Made by a program: the position numbers and the translations under genes. The notes under the pieces are model-generated. The model saw only the letters and a list, made by a program, of their open reading frames with translations, was not told the origin of the DNA and made no database searches. A stretch of DNA of 64,000 nucleotides from Chitinophagaceae bacterium (GTDB lineage: Bacteria; Bacteroidota; Bacteroidia; Chitinophagales; UBA10324): assembly GCA_947474435.1 (NCBI GenBank), contig CANJII010000007.1:41146-105145 (forward strand). Reading direction: 5' to 3'. This document shows, piece after piece, positions 20,241-30,510 of this stretch; position 1 is the first letter of the stretch, and the number at the start of each line of letters is the position of its first letter.

Positions 20241-20867
20241 TCAGTGTCCCTGATTATTTACAGCCACCACATTAAACTTTAATGTGAATTCATCTGAAAT
20301 CATTTTATCGCCGATATTCGGAAAAAAAGTTTTTGAACCATACTTAATATCAAACTTCGTGCGGTCAACAATTGCAGCACCGGCACAGGTTATTTCTTTT
20401 CCGTTCATTTTAAAAATTGCATCAAATGAAATTTCATTCGTTTTATCCTTAATGGTGAGATTGCCTTTTACTGAATGTGTAGGGCCATCTTTTACCACAT
20501 CTTTTATTGCAGTTAAAGAAATTATTTCAAATTTTGATTTTGGAAATTTTGCTATGCTGAAAAAATCTTCTGACTTTAAAACTGTTTCGAGTTTTGTTTT
20601 TTTCTTTGCCGGTTTCAGGTCTTTATCTTCAATTGAAGCCATATCAAATTCAAAAGCGCCGGTAATATTTCCATGGTTATTTTTTAGTTCTCCACTTGTA
20701 AATCGCAGCGTGCCATTGTGTTTTCCGATCGCACTTTCAGCAAACCATTCGAGTGAACTTTGTGCAGCGTCGACTGTATAAATATCAGTATGAAAATTGT
20801 TGGTGGTAAAAGACACTAACAATATTGAAACAAAAAAGATAACAGTGCATGAAATTGTTTTTAGCAT
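20241..20867 (-). CDS. YceI family lipid/polyisoprenoid-binding protein
   Basis: Signal peptide; S.LEW, HNG, DFF...KFP, GNLTIK and DRTKFDI motifs. Confidence 0.9.
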   Translation of the reverse strand: MLKTISCTVIFFVSILLVSFTTNNFHTDIYTVDAAQSSLEWFAESAIGKHNGTLRFTSGELKNNHGNITGAFEFDMASIEDKDLKPAKKKTKLETVLKSEDFFSIAKFPKSKFEIISLTAIKDVVKDGPTHSVKGNLTIKDKTNEISFDAIFKMNGKEITCAGAAIVDRTKFDIKYGSKTFFPNIGDKMISDEFTLKFNVVAVNNQGH

Positions 20868-20946
20868 ATAATTTGGTTTTTATTTCTTGAAGAATTTTCT
20901 GATTAAGTGTTTCTTGTTTTTAAAGCAGATTTATTATTGAATGGAA

Positions 20947-21249
20947 TTAGATTCTTATTACTTCAACTTTAAAAAGTTTTTTGTCAGCCACAAAAGTTCC
21001 GAACGGTAAAAAAGAAGCAAGAAGTGCCCAGAAAGTTTTTAAACTGCTCCATTGTTCATCAGCTTTCAGAATCATGACCCATGTGCAATAGGCGATAAAC
21101 AATAAACCATGAATCATTCCTATATATAAATTGGGTTCAGGTAATGCAAATACATATTTCAAAGGCATACCAATTCCAATCAATACTAAAAAGCTTATTC
21201 CTTCAAGATAGGCGAGCAGGCGCAGTTGGTTGATTTTTGTTTTAAGCAT
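20947..21249 (-). CDS. DUF3817 membrane protein
   Basis: EGISFL...MPLKY, G.IHG.LF and AS.LPFGTF motifs. Confidence 0.85.
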   Translation of the reverse strand: MLKTKINQLRLLAYLEGISFLVLIGIGMPLKYVFALPEPNLYIGMIHGLLFIAYCTWVMILKADEQWSSLKTFWALLASFLPFGTFVADKKLFKVEVIRI

Positions 21250-21300
21250 AATTTATTATTAGGGAATTTATTAAAAAGCAAGGAAAAAAATTAAACCGGT

Positions 21301-22098
21301 TTAAGTCAGTTTCAACCATTTAGCCTGGAGATTTTTAATTGCATTCATTCCGGTTTTCCCCAATGATAGCGTAAATTCATTCACATACAAATTAATGTGC
21401 TGTTTCATAACAGTTTCATTCATTTCCTGAGAATATTGTTTTACAAATTTCATGGTTTCTTCCTGGTGCTGCCATGCATATTCAATACTTCGTTTTATAA
21501 TTCTGCTAATAGAAGAATGAAATTCGGAACCTTCAGAAGTATTTGTAAATATTCCACCGAGCGGAATAGGAGAGTGGGTTTCAGTTTCCCATCGCTCACC
21601 TAAATCGCAAATCTTTTTTAATCCTTTCGCCTGATAAGTAAAACGATTTTCGTGAATAATAACTCCGGCTGTAACTTCATCATTCAACAATGCATTTTCA
21701 ATTGCTGAAAAAACCAGAGTAGTTTTATTGCTGATGAACGGATAAAATATTTTCAATAATAAATGTGCTGTAGTGTACTTACCCGGAATGGCGACCCGTG
21801 CAGTTATTAAATCTTCATCAATCATTTCCTTTTTCGAAATCAAAATCGGACCGCAACCATTACCCAAAGCAGCACCTGAATCGAGCAACGAATATTTATC
21901 CTGCAAATACAACCATGCATGAAATGAAAGTTTGGTAACCGGTAATTCATTGTTAAAAGCTTTTTCATTCAGCGATTCAACATCAGCAAACACAGGTTCA
22001 AACTGTATTCCTTCGCAAGCAATTTTATTGTGCAGCATTGCATAAAAAATAAAAGTATCGTTCGGGCAGGGGCTTAATCCGAGTTTGATTTTACTCAT
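21301..22098 (-). CDS. mqnD: 1,4-dihydroxy-6-naphthoate synthase MqnD (futalosine menaquinone pathway)
   Basis: SPCPNDTF, DVE.LN, G.GCGP, PG..TTA, IIHE.RFTY, PLG and HI.LYVN motifs. Confidence 0.95.
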   Translation of the reverse strand: MSKIKLGLSPCPNDTFIFYAMLHNKIACEGIQFEPVFADVESLNEKAFNNELPVTKLSFHAWLYLQDKYSLLDSGAALGNGCGPILISKKEMIDEDLITARVAIPGKYTTAHLLLKIFYPFISNKTTLVFSAIENALLNDEVTAGVIIHENRFTYQAKGLKKICDLGERWETETHSPIPLGGIFTNTSEGSEFHSSISRIIKRSIEYAWQHQEETMKFVKQYSQEMNETVMKQHINLYVNEFTLSLGKTGMNAIKNLQAKWLKLT

Positions 22099-22760
22099 TG
22101 CGCTTCAATAAAATTTATTAACCAGGCATTCAGATTATTTATAGCGAGCGGAATATCCCACTTGCTTTTATCTCTTGGTTCAATATAGTTAGAGATGCTA
22201 CGGATTTCTATCCAGGGGATTTTATACTGTGCACAGCAATAGGCAAATGCTGCACCTTCCATACTTTCAACTGAAGCGTGAAAACTCTTTTTCACTTTTG
22301 CAATGCTTCTGTCGTTACCGTGAACTGTATTTACTGTTATACCAGACACATCGCTTAATTCATTTTCAAAAATATATTCGCTAATTAATTTTCCATTCAT
22401 AAACGGAAACTCATCTTGCTTAATAAACCCCAATTCAATAAATGAAATAAATTTTTCACCATCTTCTGCACCGATATCTCCAAACCTTTCATCCATAACA
22501 TTTACAACTTCACCAATATTTATTTCAGAAAAAAACGAACCTGCAATTCCAGCATTAATTGCTAAATCGAAATTAATATTTTCAGTAAAAAATTTAGTGA
22601 GATGAAAAGTTGTTGCTACCATTCCAACTCCGGTAATTAAAAAAGTGATTGAATGATTTGAAATTTTTATAGTAGAAATATTTTCATCAAGTGAAATTTT
22701 ATATTTTTCAATTAATGGTTTCAGTTCGTCATGTGTTGCAGCAACTATCAAAATATTCAT
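22095..22760 (-). CDS. mqnB: Futalosine hydrolase MqnB
   Basis: TGVG, N.GIAG, TVNTVHG, ESMEGAA and RSISN motifs; 4-bp overlap with mqnD. Confidence 0.92.
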   Translation of the reverse strand: MNILIVAATHDELKPLIEKYKISLDENISTIKISNHSITFLITGVGMVATTFHLTKFFTENINFDLAINAGIAGSFFSEINIGEVVNVMDERFGDIGAEDGEKFISFIELGFIKQDEFPFMNGKLISEYIFENELSDVSGITVNTVHGNDRSIAKVKKSFHASVESMEGAAFAYCCAQYKIPWIEIRSISNYIEPRDKSKWDIPLAINNLNAWLINFIEAQ

Positions 22761-22874
22761 TCGTCAAATCTAAAGTCTTTCAAAATAATTTATTTAATAA
22801 AATTAAAATGAATAGAATGAGTGATAAGATTTTACCACTGAATCTTATCGTTTAAATTTCAGGTTTTTAAATAC

Positions 22875-25800
22875 TCACATCTTCAATATTTTCTTAGAAT
22901 TAAATTTACCGGATTTAAAATCAGAAATCAACAAAGTATAAAGACCGTTCTGATAACCTGATAAATTAAAATGGAGTTCGTTTTCTCCAGTAGATAAAAG
23001 AAAGACATGCCGAGAAATAATTTTTCCATCATTTCTGAGAATAGTTACAGAGATATTATTTTCTTCGGTTGCCATTAACTTTATAAAAGTAAAATCGTGT
23101 GCAGGATCAGGATATGGCTCACTTATTAAAAACATTTTTGGTTCAAAAACTACCTTTCGTACCTGTGAAAAGACCGCTTTACCAAATGCATCCACTTCTT
23201 TGATTCTATAATAGCGGATTCCAATTTTATTTTCTTCGGCATCAATAAAATTGTATTGGTGTGAGTTAACTGATGTACCCGAACTTTTTATTTTTCCAAT
23301 TTCACGAAATGTATCAATCTTTTCATCCATCACTTCTAATAAAAAATAATCACTATTAATTTCTGATGCGGTAATCCATTGAAGTAAAGCATCAGTCTGG
23401 TTATATAATTCGGCAATGAATGAAACCAATTGAACGGATAGTACGGATGGCTCTTCGGCAAATGCACCCATATCTATTGGTGTGAAACTGTTACGGGTTA
23501 ATCCATTATAATCAAAAGTGGTAATGTTTGCAATAATTCCTCCGGCTTTGTTTGCAAGTGATGCTTGCGGTATGCGTAAATCAATTATTATAGCAGAAAC
23601 ACCTTCTCCAGAATTAACAAACAATGGATTTGAAGTAATACTGTTAGCATCTTTTCTGGTTGTGCTTGTCCTAGTTGCCAGTGGGTTCTGATTGGCTGTT
23701 CCGTTGTAACCAATAATTCCATTTGTCCCGGTTACATATAAATCGTTGTAGTTGCTATTCGTATTAGTAAGATTGGCAAAGCGCATGGCATAATTAAAGC
23801 CGGCTGCATTGTTGTTCGACCGTGCATTGAAAAAAATATTATTGCTTATTTCTCTTGTGGAATTGGCGGTGGCTGTTGAAATAAATGCTGCAGATAAGGA
23901 GGATGAATTAGTAGAGCCGTTACAACCACCAATGTAAACAGAATTGAAATTATAATTATCAGTTCCGGCAACTTCATTAAATCCATTGATGGTGTAACCT
24001 GTATTGATTCCGGCACCTGACGCATCTAATCCAAGATCAATTACATTATTTGTGAAATGAGTAGTGCCGAGGTTGCTTCCGGTATTGCCAATAAAAATTC
24101 CATTGATGCTTGCTGCCGTTGACGAGGGAGAAAGTACTAATGAATGAACAAAATTTCCATCGAAGTAATTTGTGCCTCCGGTTCCGTTTACCGGACGATA
24201 AAAAATACCTGTTACACTTACAGCAGCCGATGCATGATTGTTGAGTAAACTGTAAACATGATTACCTCTTATATATTGATCAAAAGAGGTTGCGGTAAAA
24301 GATATTCCAACAACTGAAGCGGATGAAGCAATTGAAGTAGAAGCTGATGTATTTGTTAAATTTCTAACCGTGTTGCCCGTAATTGTACTTGATGTAACCA
24401 TGTAGGAAACATCAATTCCAATTACCTGACCTGCACCTGTACCGGAATAATTGTTATTGAGATTGGCAACTGTATTTCCTGAAATTAAAAGTTGGTTGGA
24501 GGAATTAGTGATTGTGATACCTGTAACAGTTTGCAAGCTGAGAGCAGCCGAAATAGAAAAAGAAAAAGCATTAATGCTATTTGAAGTTATTAAACTTCCG
24601 ATCGTATTATCTGATATAGTTCTGATGTTTCCGGCGCCCGCTTGTGAAATAGTGATGCCTGTGAAACTGTGATTGATGGTTGCAGATCCAATAACTGTTA
24701 CTGCACCTATTGTGTTATTCGAAATCGTTATCACTCCGCTGCTTCCTGTATGTGCTATGCCGAAACTTCCGGCCCCGCTTGTTAATGATGTAACCGAAAT
24801 TGATCCGGTGCCCGTTCCGCTTCCAATTGTATTGGTTAATACAGTTGCTCCGCCATTGATGATTCTTATGCCACAAAATATTCCCGGAGCCGAGGCAGTG
24901 CTGTTATTGTTGCAAATCCAGCTCATGTTTGCAATTGTATTGTTTTCGATGGTGTTGAGTGATGTAGTTAAACCATCGACATTTATTCCAATAAAAGTTG
25001 AATTCACACTTCCGTTTTGTGTCCATGCACTGCCGGTTGCAATAATTTTTCCATATGATTGAATCGCGATACTGTAAATTTCTTCATTGAAGCCGTCAAT
25101 CTCTGTCATTACATATCCGGTTGAATTGAATGAAAGATCGGTGTTCCATCATTGTTATATCGAACCAAAGCAAAATCAATATCAGAATTATCATTGTATG
25201 CATATCCACCGGCTACAATTTTTCCATCAGATTGTATCAAAACAGAAAACGATTCTGAATCACCGGAGCCGATCTGAGAAGTTAGTTTTCCATTTGTTCC
25301 AAAGCTTTTATCAGGTGTTCCGTTTGCATTGTAACGGGCAATTGCCATCTCATGATAAATGGAAACGACTGCTGACCCAACAACAATTATTTTTCCATCT
25401 TATTGAATCGCAATTGTATCTACCCGATCATCGTGAAAATTAAAATCAGTAATTACCACTCCATTTGTGCCGAACGAATTATCAATTGATCCATCAGTAT
25501 TTAACCTTAGAAGAAAAAAATCATTGCCTGCACCGGAATTATAGCAAACACCTGCTGCAACAATTTTTCCATCGCTTTGAATAGCCACTGCATTGGCATT
25601 GCAATAATCACCGATAAGTTGTGCGTAAATTCCAGTGCCATTGAAACTGTTATCCAGAGTACCATCTGTTTTGTGGGCAATTCCAACATGGTCATAATCG
25701 CCGGCACTGTCATTCATATAACCTGCAACCACAATTCAACCGTTTGATAGTATGGCAATGGCATATGTTTCATCTTCATGCCCTGCATTATCAGTAGTAT

Positions 25801-25909
25801 TAATTCCAATAGCATTATATGAACTGTCAAGATCGCCCAGTTGCTAAGCAAGTAGTTTTCCATTGTGAATTGTGACAGTCAGAATTATTATTCCAATTAA
25901 TTTATTCAT
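22875..25909 (-). pseudogene. Disrupted T9SS cargo gene: signal peptide, delta-60-type propeller repeats, beta-helix region, type A CTD
   Basis: ATG at 25909; in-frame TAG at 25844-25846, TGA at 25736-25738 and TAA at 25400-25402; 1-bp frameshift near 25140. The ORFs 25400..25732, 25109..25348 and 22875..25109 are fragments with AIQSDGKIVA.G and DG.LD.SF repeats; the C-terminus has W.TASE.N and PYPDP T9SS motifs. Confidence 0.88.
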
Positions 25910-25961
25910 GAATACCCGACTTTGTTTTCAAAAAAGCGATGTTGAATCAAGATAATTTCAT

Positions 25962-25995
25962 TGATTAGAATCATCTGGCATACTAATTTTTATCA
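25962..25995. promoter_or_regulatory. Tandem FNR-type boxes (TGATTAGAATCA and TAATTTTTATCA), 22 bp apart
   Basis: About 50 bp upstream of the pseudogene ATG at 25909. Confidence 0.55.
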
Positions 25996-26053
25996 GACTA
26001 GATTATAAATGGATTTCATCATCTGTTTTTTATAAGGTGAATAATTTTTTTAG

Positions 26054-26089
26054 TTGATAAAAATCAATGATGTGATTGATGATAGTCAA
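26054..26089. promoter_or_regulatory. Tandem FNR boxes (TTGATAAAAATCAA and TTGATGATAGTCAA), 22 bp apart
   Basis: Perfect and one-mismatch matches to TTGAT-N4-ATCAA, about 70 bp upstream of the Hsp20 gene. Confidence 0.7.
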
Positions 26090-26159
26090 TGCAATGAAAG
26101 CTTGTCGGGTATAGGTTTGCATTGTTAAAATTTTTTTAAACAATTAAAAACTAAAAATC

Positions 26160-26618
26160 ATGTCACTCTTAGTTAGAACAAACGGAAACATGTTTCCGAA
26201 TTTAGTGGACGATTTGTTAAACGACACTTTCGTTACTCCTGATTTATTTGATTTCAATGTGAACAATGCCTTTAGAGGTTTAGCAAAAAAAATGCCTTCA
26301 GTAAACATCACTGAAACTGACCGTGAATTTAAAATTGAACTAGCTGCTCCCGGATTGGAGAAGAATGATTTTAAAGTGGAAGTAGATAAAAATTTATTAA
26401 CCATCAGCTCTGAAAAGGAAGAAGAAAAAAAAGAAGAAGATAAAAACTTCTACCGCAGAGAATTTTCTTACAATTCATTCAGTCGTTCATTCACACTTCC
26501 GGAAAATGTACTTTGCGATAAAATTGATGCGAAGTACGAAAATGGAATTCTGAATATATCCATTCAAAAAAAAGAAGTGGCATTTTCAAAACCAGCTAAA
26601 GAAATTAAAGTTTCTTAA
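26160..26618 (+). CDS. Hsp20/alpha-crystallin small heat-shock protein
   Basis: PSVNI.E, LAAPG, RREF.Y.SF.RSF.LP and A.YENGIL motifs. Confidence 0.95.
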   Translation: MSLLVRTNGNMFPNLVDDLLNDTFVTPDLFDFNVNNAFRGLAKKMPSVNITETDREFKIELAAPGLEKNDFKVEVDKNLLTISSEKEEEKKEEDKNFYRREFSYNSFSRSFTLPENVLCDKIDAKYENGILNISIQKKEVAFSKPAKEIKVS

Positions 26619-26635
26619 AAGGTTTTGATTCATTA

Positions 26636-26672
26636 AGAGCCCTCCGGATAGTGAGTCATGGAGGGCTTTTTT
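26636..26672 (+). terminator. Rho-independent terminator after the Hsp20 gene
   Basis: GAGCCCTCC...GGAGGGCTT stem followed by a T run. Confidence 0.85.
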
Positions 26673-27024
26673 ATTCTGTTGTCTTGTCCTGAGAAAAGTT
26701 GACTCAAAAAAGGTCAACACTGATGCATACTAAAAACGATTTAATAATTGATTCTGCTGATTATTGCGCCATGTATTACTTGACTTCTTATTGGGGAATA
26801 TTAAGTAGTGATTTGACTTTAGTGGTTGGTGTTATAAAAAGTAAGAAGTTGGACGAAATTGATAATTATTATTGAATCTCCGCAAAACGGAAATGAAAAT
26901 CGCTAATGGATTGATTCGGTTTATTGTTTGGTTTCAGTGATTGACCAATTCGAAATTGACTTAGTGGTAGAAACAAATACAAATTGAATATTTAAAGTGC
27001 TCACACAGAAAGTTCCGGTTTTGC

Positions 27025-27341
27025 TCACATTGTAAATTCATTCAGATTTGGTGGGATATAAGCTTGCATTGCGGCAATGGTTAAAGAATAATCAATCACC
27101 GTTCCATTAATATTATAAGATGAGTCGGTTCCTGTTTTGGAAACCATAAGCACATCGGATGAAGTAGCACCTGAAGATACAACGAGGGTATTGAAAAAGT
27201 CGTTTGAAAGTGTTCCAACATAAGTGTGATAAATAAAGACCTGTTATCCTTTTTTATGAACGATGAAAATGCGATAAGTATAACGGTAATGACATCCGTG
27301 CTCAGCACTGTAAAGAAAAATTTCTACAACTTGGTTTTCAT
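27025..27341 (-). pseudogene. Probable decayed small lipoprotein gene
   Basis: ATG at 27341 gives MKTKL*KFFFTVLSTDVITVILIAFSSFIKKDNR (TAG at 27324-27326; resembles an SSCKKD lipoprotein start). A shifted frame continues YVGTLSNDFFNTLVVSSGATSSDVLMVSKTGTDSSYNINGTV. Confidence 0.4.
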
Positions 27342-27402
27342 TGCGTTTTTTTAATTGATTTAAATGATATTAAGAACCTATTTGTATCTGAAAACAGAAG
27401 CA

Positions 27403-27414
27403 TGATAACAATCA
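27403..27414. promoter_or_regulatory. FNR-type box TGATAACAATCA
   Basis: Perfect TGAT-N4-ATCA about 60 bp upstream of the ATG at 27341. Confidence 0.5.
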
Positions 27415-27510
27415 ATCAAATGATTGATTGTTTTCTTTTCCTTTTTTAATCACTGATGAAATAGATGACAATATTTTTTTACTTAATTCCGCATTGCGGA
27501 ATAGCAAGAA

Positions 27511-28575
27511 CTATAAAGTGATTTTTTCCAGTTTATTCTGATCCAGAATTTTTATGGTATTTCTTATTATTTCAATGGCACCTTCATCTTTAAATTCCGA
27601 AAGTGTTCTTACTAATGTTTCTTTTGCAGTGCCAACAAGATTGGCTAAATCTTCCCTGGAGAATGAGGAAATAGAAGCGTTGTCCACTAAGTTTGTATGA
27701 TATTTAATTTGTAATTCTAATAATGCTTTCGCCACTCTTTGCCGAACACTATCATAAGCGAGTGTAAGTAGCCGGGATTCTTTTTCATGAAGGTTATGAC
27801 AAATAATATTCATGAATTTTCTTCCTGCTTCTGCATTTCCGAATATCAATTGGAAAAAATCTTTTTTTGGAATCAAACTGACTTCACAATCTTCTAGTGC
27901 TTCAGCCGTATCGTAATGATCGGTATTTTCAAGTAATGACATGTATCCCAGAAAATCTCCTGCTCCATGAACACCGGAAATAAATTTTTTTCCGTCTTCA
28001 TTTGTATTATAAGTTTTTACTTTTCCTTTTTGAATAAAAAACAATTCATGCGAATGACTGTTTTCCGAAAACAATTTTTCTTTCCTGAAATATTTTTTCA
28101 GTTCAAAGTTGCTTGCCATTTCTTTCAATTCATTCAGTTCATTTGAATCAAAAAAGGTTTTACTGAAATCAACCGGAGAACTGTCTGAAGCATTTTTCCT
28201 AGCATGTTCATTTTTCTTTAACCGCAGCTCAACTGAATTTAACAAATCACTTTTATCAAATGGTTTGGCGATATAATCATCGGCACCAAGGTTCATTCCC
28301 TTGCGAAAACTCCTTTGTTCAACTTTTGCTGTCAGAAAAATAAATGGAATACCTGCAGTGTTTGAATTATTACTGAGCAATCGCAACACACTGAATCCAT
28401 CGAGTACCGGCATTGCAACATCACAAATAATTAAATCCGGAATGATGGATTGGGCTTTTTCCAATCCAAGTTTGCCGTTCGAAGTAGTTTCTACCTCGTA
28501 ACCTGAAATCTCAAGCATTCCAGCAATGTTATCACGCACAGATTTATTGCCTTCAATTACCAGAATTTTTTTCAA
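27511..28575 (-). CDS. Response regulator: receiver domain fused to Crp/Fnr cNMP-binding and HTH domains
   Basis: REC (DLIICDVAMP, FLTAK, GADDYIAKPF); cNMP barrel; HTH SREDLANLVGTAKETLVRTLSEF; TTG start. Confidence 0.9.
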   Translation of the reverse strand: MKKILVIEGNKSVRDNIAGMLEISGYEVETTSNGKLGLEKAQSIIPDLIICDVAMPVLDGFSVLRLLSNNSNTAGIPFIFLTAKVEQRSFRKGMNLGADDYIAKPFDKSDLLNSVELRLKKNEHARKNASDSSPVDFSKTFFDSNELNELKEMASNFELKKYFRKEKLFSENSHSHELFFIQKGKVKTYNTNEDGKKFISGVHGAGDFLGYMSLLENTDHYDTAEALEDCEVSLIPKKDFFQLIFGNAEAGRKFMNIICHNLHEKESRLLTLAYDSVRQRVAKALLELQIKYHTNLVDNASISSFSREDLANLVGTAKETLVRTLSEFKDEGAIEIIRNTIKILDQNKLEKITL

Positions 28576-28702
28576 GATTATAGTTTGTTTAAAGATAAGC
28601 TCTTTGCAATTGGCAACTTTTTTTCTGTTTAGTTCTGATCGCAGTAAAAGAACTTCTGATTTATCTTGAATCGAATATGAATAGATTGTGTAATTTCTTT
28701 TA

Positions 28703-28782
28703 TGATATTAATCACTTGTATTTTTAATTTAACTGGAATGGAATTTTATAATAAAGATTACCTAGTTCGTTGATGAATATCA
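28703..28782. promoter_or_regulatory. Two FNR-type boxes (TGATATTAATCA at 28703-28714; TGATGAATATCA at 28771-28782) in the divergent promoter region
   Basis: Two perfect TGAT-N4-ATCA palindromes; a weaker symmetric TAATAAAGATTA lies 22 bp before the second. Confidence 0.6.
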
Positions 28783-28834
28783 TATTAATGAGAATATCGG
28801 AGGCAGAACTTTGTATTAATAAAAAACAGAATTA

Positions 28835-30442
28835 ATGAAAAAGAAATTAATGTTGGTGCTTTCCTTATTGGTTTTTGCAGTTTTCAGAAGCACTGCGCAA
28901 AATGATAATGCCATACTCGAAAAAATATTGACTGAAGATTCAACAGCAGTAAACGCATTGGTTTTGTATCCTGATTCAACAAGGAGATCAATTCTTGAAG
29001 CATCTCAATTCCCTGAAGTGTTACTTAAAATGCAATCCATGCAGGAAAATTCGCAGAAAGAATTCAATACAATACTTTCTCCTTATACTCAAGAGGTGCA
29101 ACAGGTTTTTTATAATCTCACTCGTTATCCCGGCTTAATAAATCAATTAGTAGCAGGAGGAAAAAAAAGCAAATCGCAACTGCAAAATATTGCTGATAAT
29201 TATCCTGATGAAATCAAAGACGATGCTGTGGTGTATGGTAAAAAATATTTTGATGTGTTGAATTCAATTGATCAATTTTCAAAGAAAAATAATTCTGAAT
29301 TTGAAAATGTGATTTCAACTTATTCAAATGAATCCAATCATGTATTCAGAGATTTAGTTGAATTACCTGAAGTGCTTAATATATTGACTGATAATATTAA
29401 AATGACGGTTATGATTGGTGATTTGTATCGAAGAAATCCGACATGGGTGCTTCATAAAACTGATTCATTGAATATGGAAGCTGCTCGACAACACGCTGAG
29501 GAGTTAGCTGATTGGAAAAAGAAAATGGATGAAGATCCGGATGCGAAAAAGCAATTGGAAGAATCGGCAAAAAAATATGCTGATGAAAACGGTTATCGTA
29601 CTGATGTGTATTCGAGCCCGCGTACTGATGTGTTCATTGATCATTACTTAGTTTATCCATATCCATACTGGTTCGGTTATCCGGGATGGTATCCACATTA
29701 TTATTGGTATCCATATCCTTACTGGTATGATTGGGGATTTTATTATGGCCCTTACGGACAAATAATTATCTTCAATTATCCTTCTTATTATTTTACTTAT
29801 TGGTTCTTTTATCATCCTATGAATTTTTATCACTATCCATATTTGTGCAATCACTTTGTTAATCATTATTATGGCCATCATCATTCCTACATGAATGGAA
29901 ACGCGCCTGTTAGAAACTGGGTGAATCAAAATGAAAAATATTTTTCCAAAGATTTTGCAACTAATGATTTAAGCCGTATAAATCAAATTAAAGAATTTGG
30001 TCAGTTGCAAAAAGATGTTTCAGATTACAATGTTAGCCGGCCTGCTAATCAGCAATTAACCACTCAGCAATATATTCAGACTTATAAAGAAAAATATCCT
30101 GATTTGAATGTGAAGCCAACCGTACAACCAATGGAAAGTAAGGATCAATGGTTTCAGCAACCACCTGCCAAGCAGCCACCAATAAAAGTTCCTTCACCAA
30201 CTCAAAAGGATAAACAGCCAATTCAGATTCCGCAAAATCAACCAACCCCATTTCCTCAGCCAAAATTTGATCAGAATAAAAATGCTCAGGATTTTCATAA
30301 GCAAACATGGGAGCAAAACAGGCCTCCGGTGTTTACTCCCAAAGTGAATCCACAACCAATTCCTAAGCAACAGCCAAAGTCAACTCCTCAACCAAAAACA
30401 GATCCACCTAAAACTCAAAAGCAAGTAACCAAACCAAAATAA
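28835..30442 (+). CDS. Secreted protein with helical N-terminus (DUF3300-like), Tyr/Trp/Pro-rich segment and Pro/Gln-rich tail
   Basis: Signal peptide; ALVLYPD...ILEASQFP; YPYPYWFGYPGWYP repeats; PQPK-rich C-terminus. Confidence 0.65.
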   Translation: MKKKLMLVLSLLVFAVFRSTAQNDNAILEKILTEDSTAVNALVLYPDSTRRSILEASQFPEVLLKMQSMQENSQKEFNTILSPYTQEVQQVFYNLTRYPGLINQLVAGGKKSKSQLQNIADNYPDEIKDDAVVYGKKYFDVLNSIDQFSKKNNSEFENVISTYSNESNHVFRDLVELPEVLNILTDNIKMTVMIGDLYRRNPTWVLHKTDSLNMEAARQHAEELADWKKKMDEDPDAKKQLEESAKKYADENGYRTDVYSSPRTDVFIDHYLVYPYPYWFGYPGWYPHYYWYPYPYWYDWGFYYGPYGQIIIFNYPSYYFTYWFFYHPMNFYHYPYLCNHFVNHYYGHHHSYMNGNAPVRNWVNQNEKYFSKDFATNDLSRINQIKEFGQLQKDVSDYNVSRPANQQLTTQQYIQTYKEKYPDLNVKPTVQPMESKDQWFQQPPAKQPPIKVPSPTQKDKQPIQIPQNQPTPFPQPKFDQNKNAQDFHKQTWEQNRPPVFTPKVNPQPIPKQQPKSTPQPKTDPPKTQKQVTKPK

Positions 30443-30510
30443 TTTTAAGCAGTATATATTTCAAGCATTTTTTTATCAGTATTAAATTTGCTTTTGCTAA
30501 ATAGTTATTT

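Noticed and set aside
20284-20781. 165-aa ORF antisense to yceI, and many similar 60-140 aa antisense or out-of-frame ORFs
   Set aside because: Fully nested in well-supported genes, with no motifs; expected from codon bias.
21301-22760. Futalosine pathway genes in a Bacteroidota genome
   Set aside because: Known in several Bacteroidota lineages; not novel.
25400-25846. Stop-codon read-through or alternative genetic code in the delta-60 gene
   Set aside because: All three stop types occur along with a frameshift, and each is used as a normal terminator elsewhere in the window.
27486-27502. Perfect palindrome ATTCCGCATTGCGGAAT after the REC-Crp gene
   Set aside because: Single short copy; may be a weak terminator but cannot be assigned.
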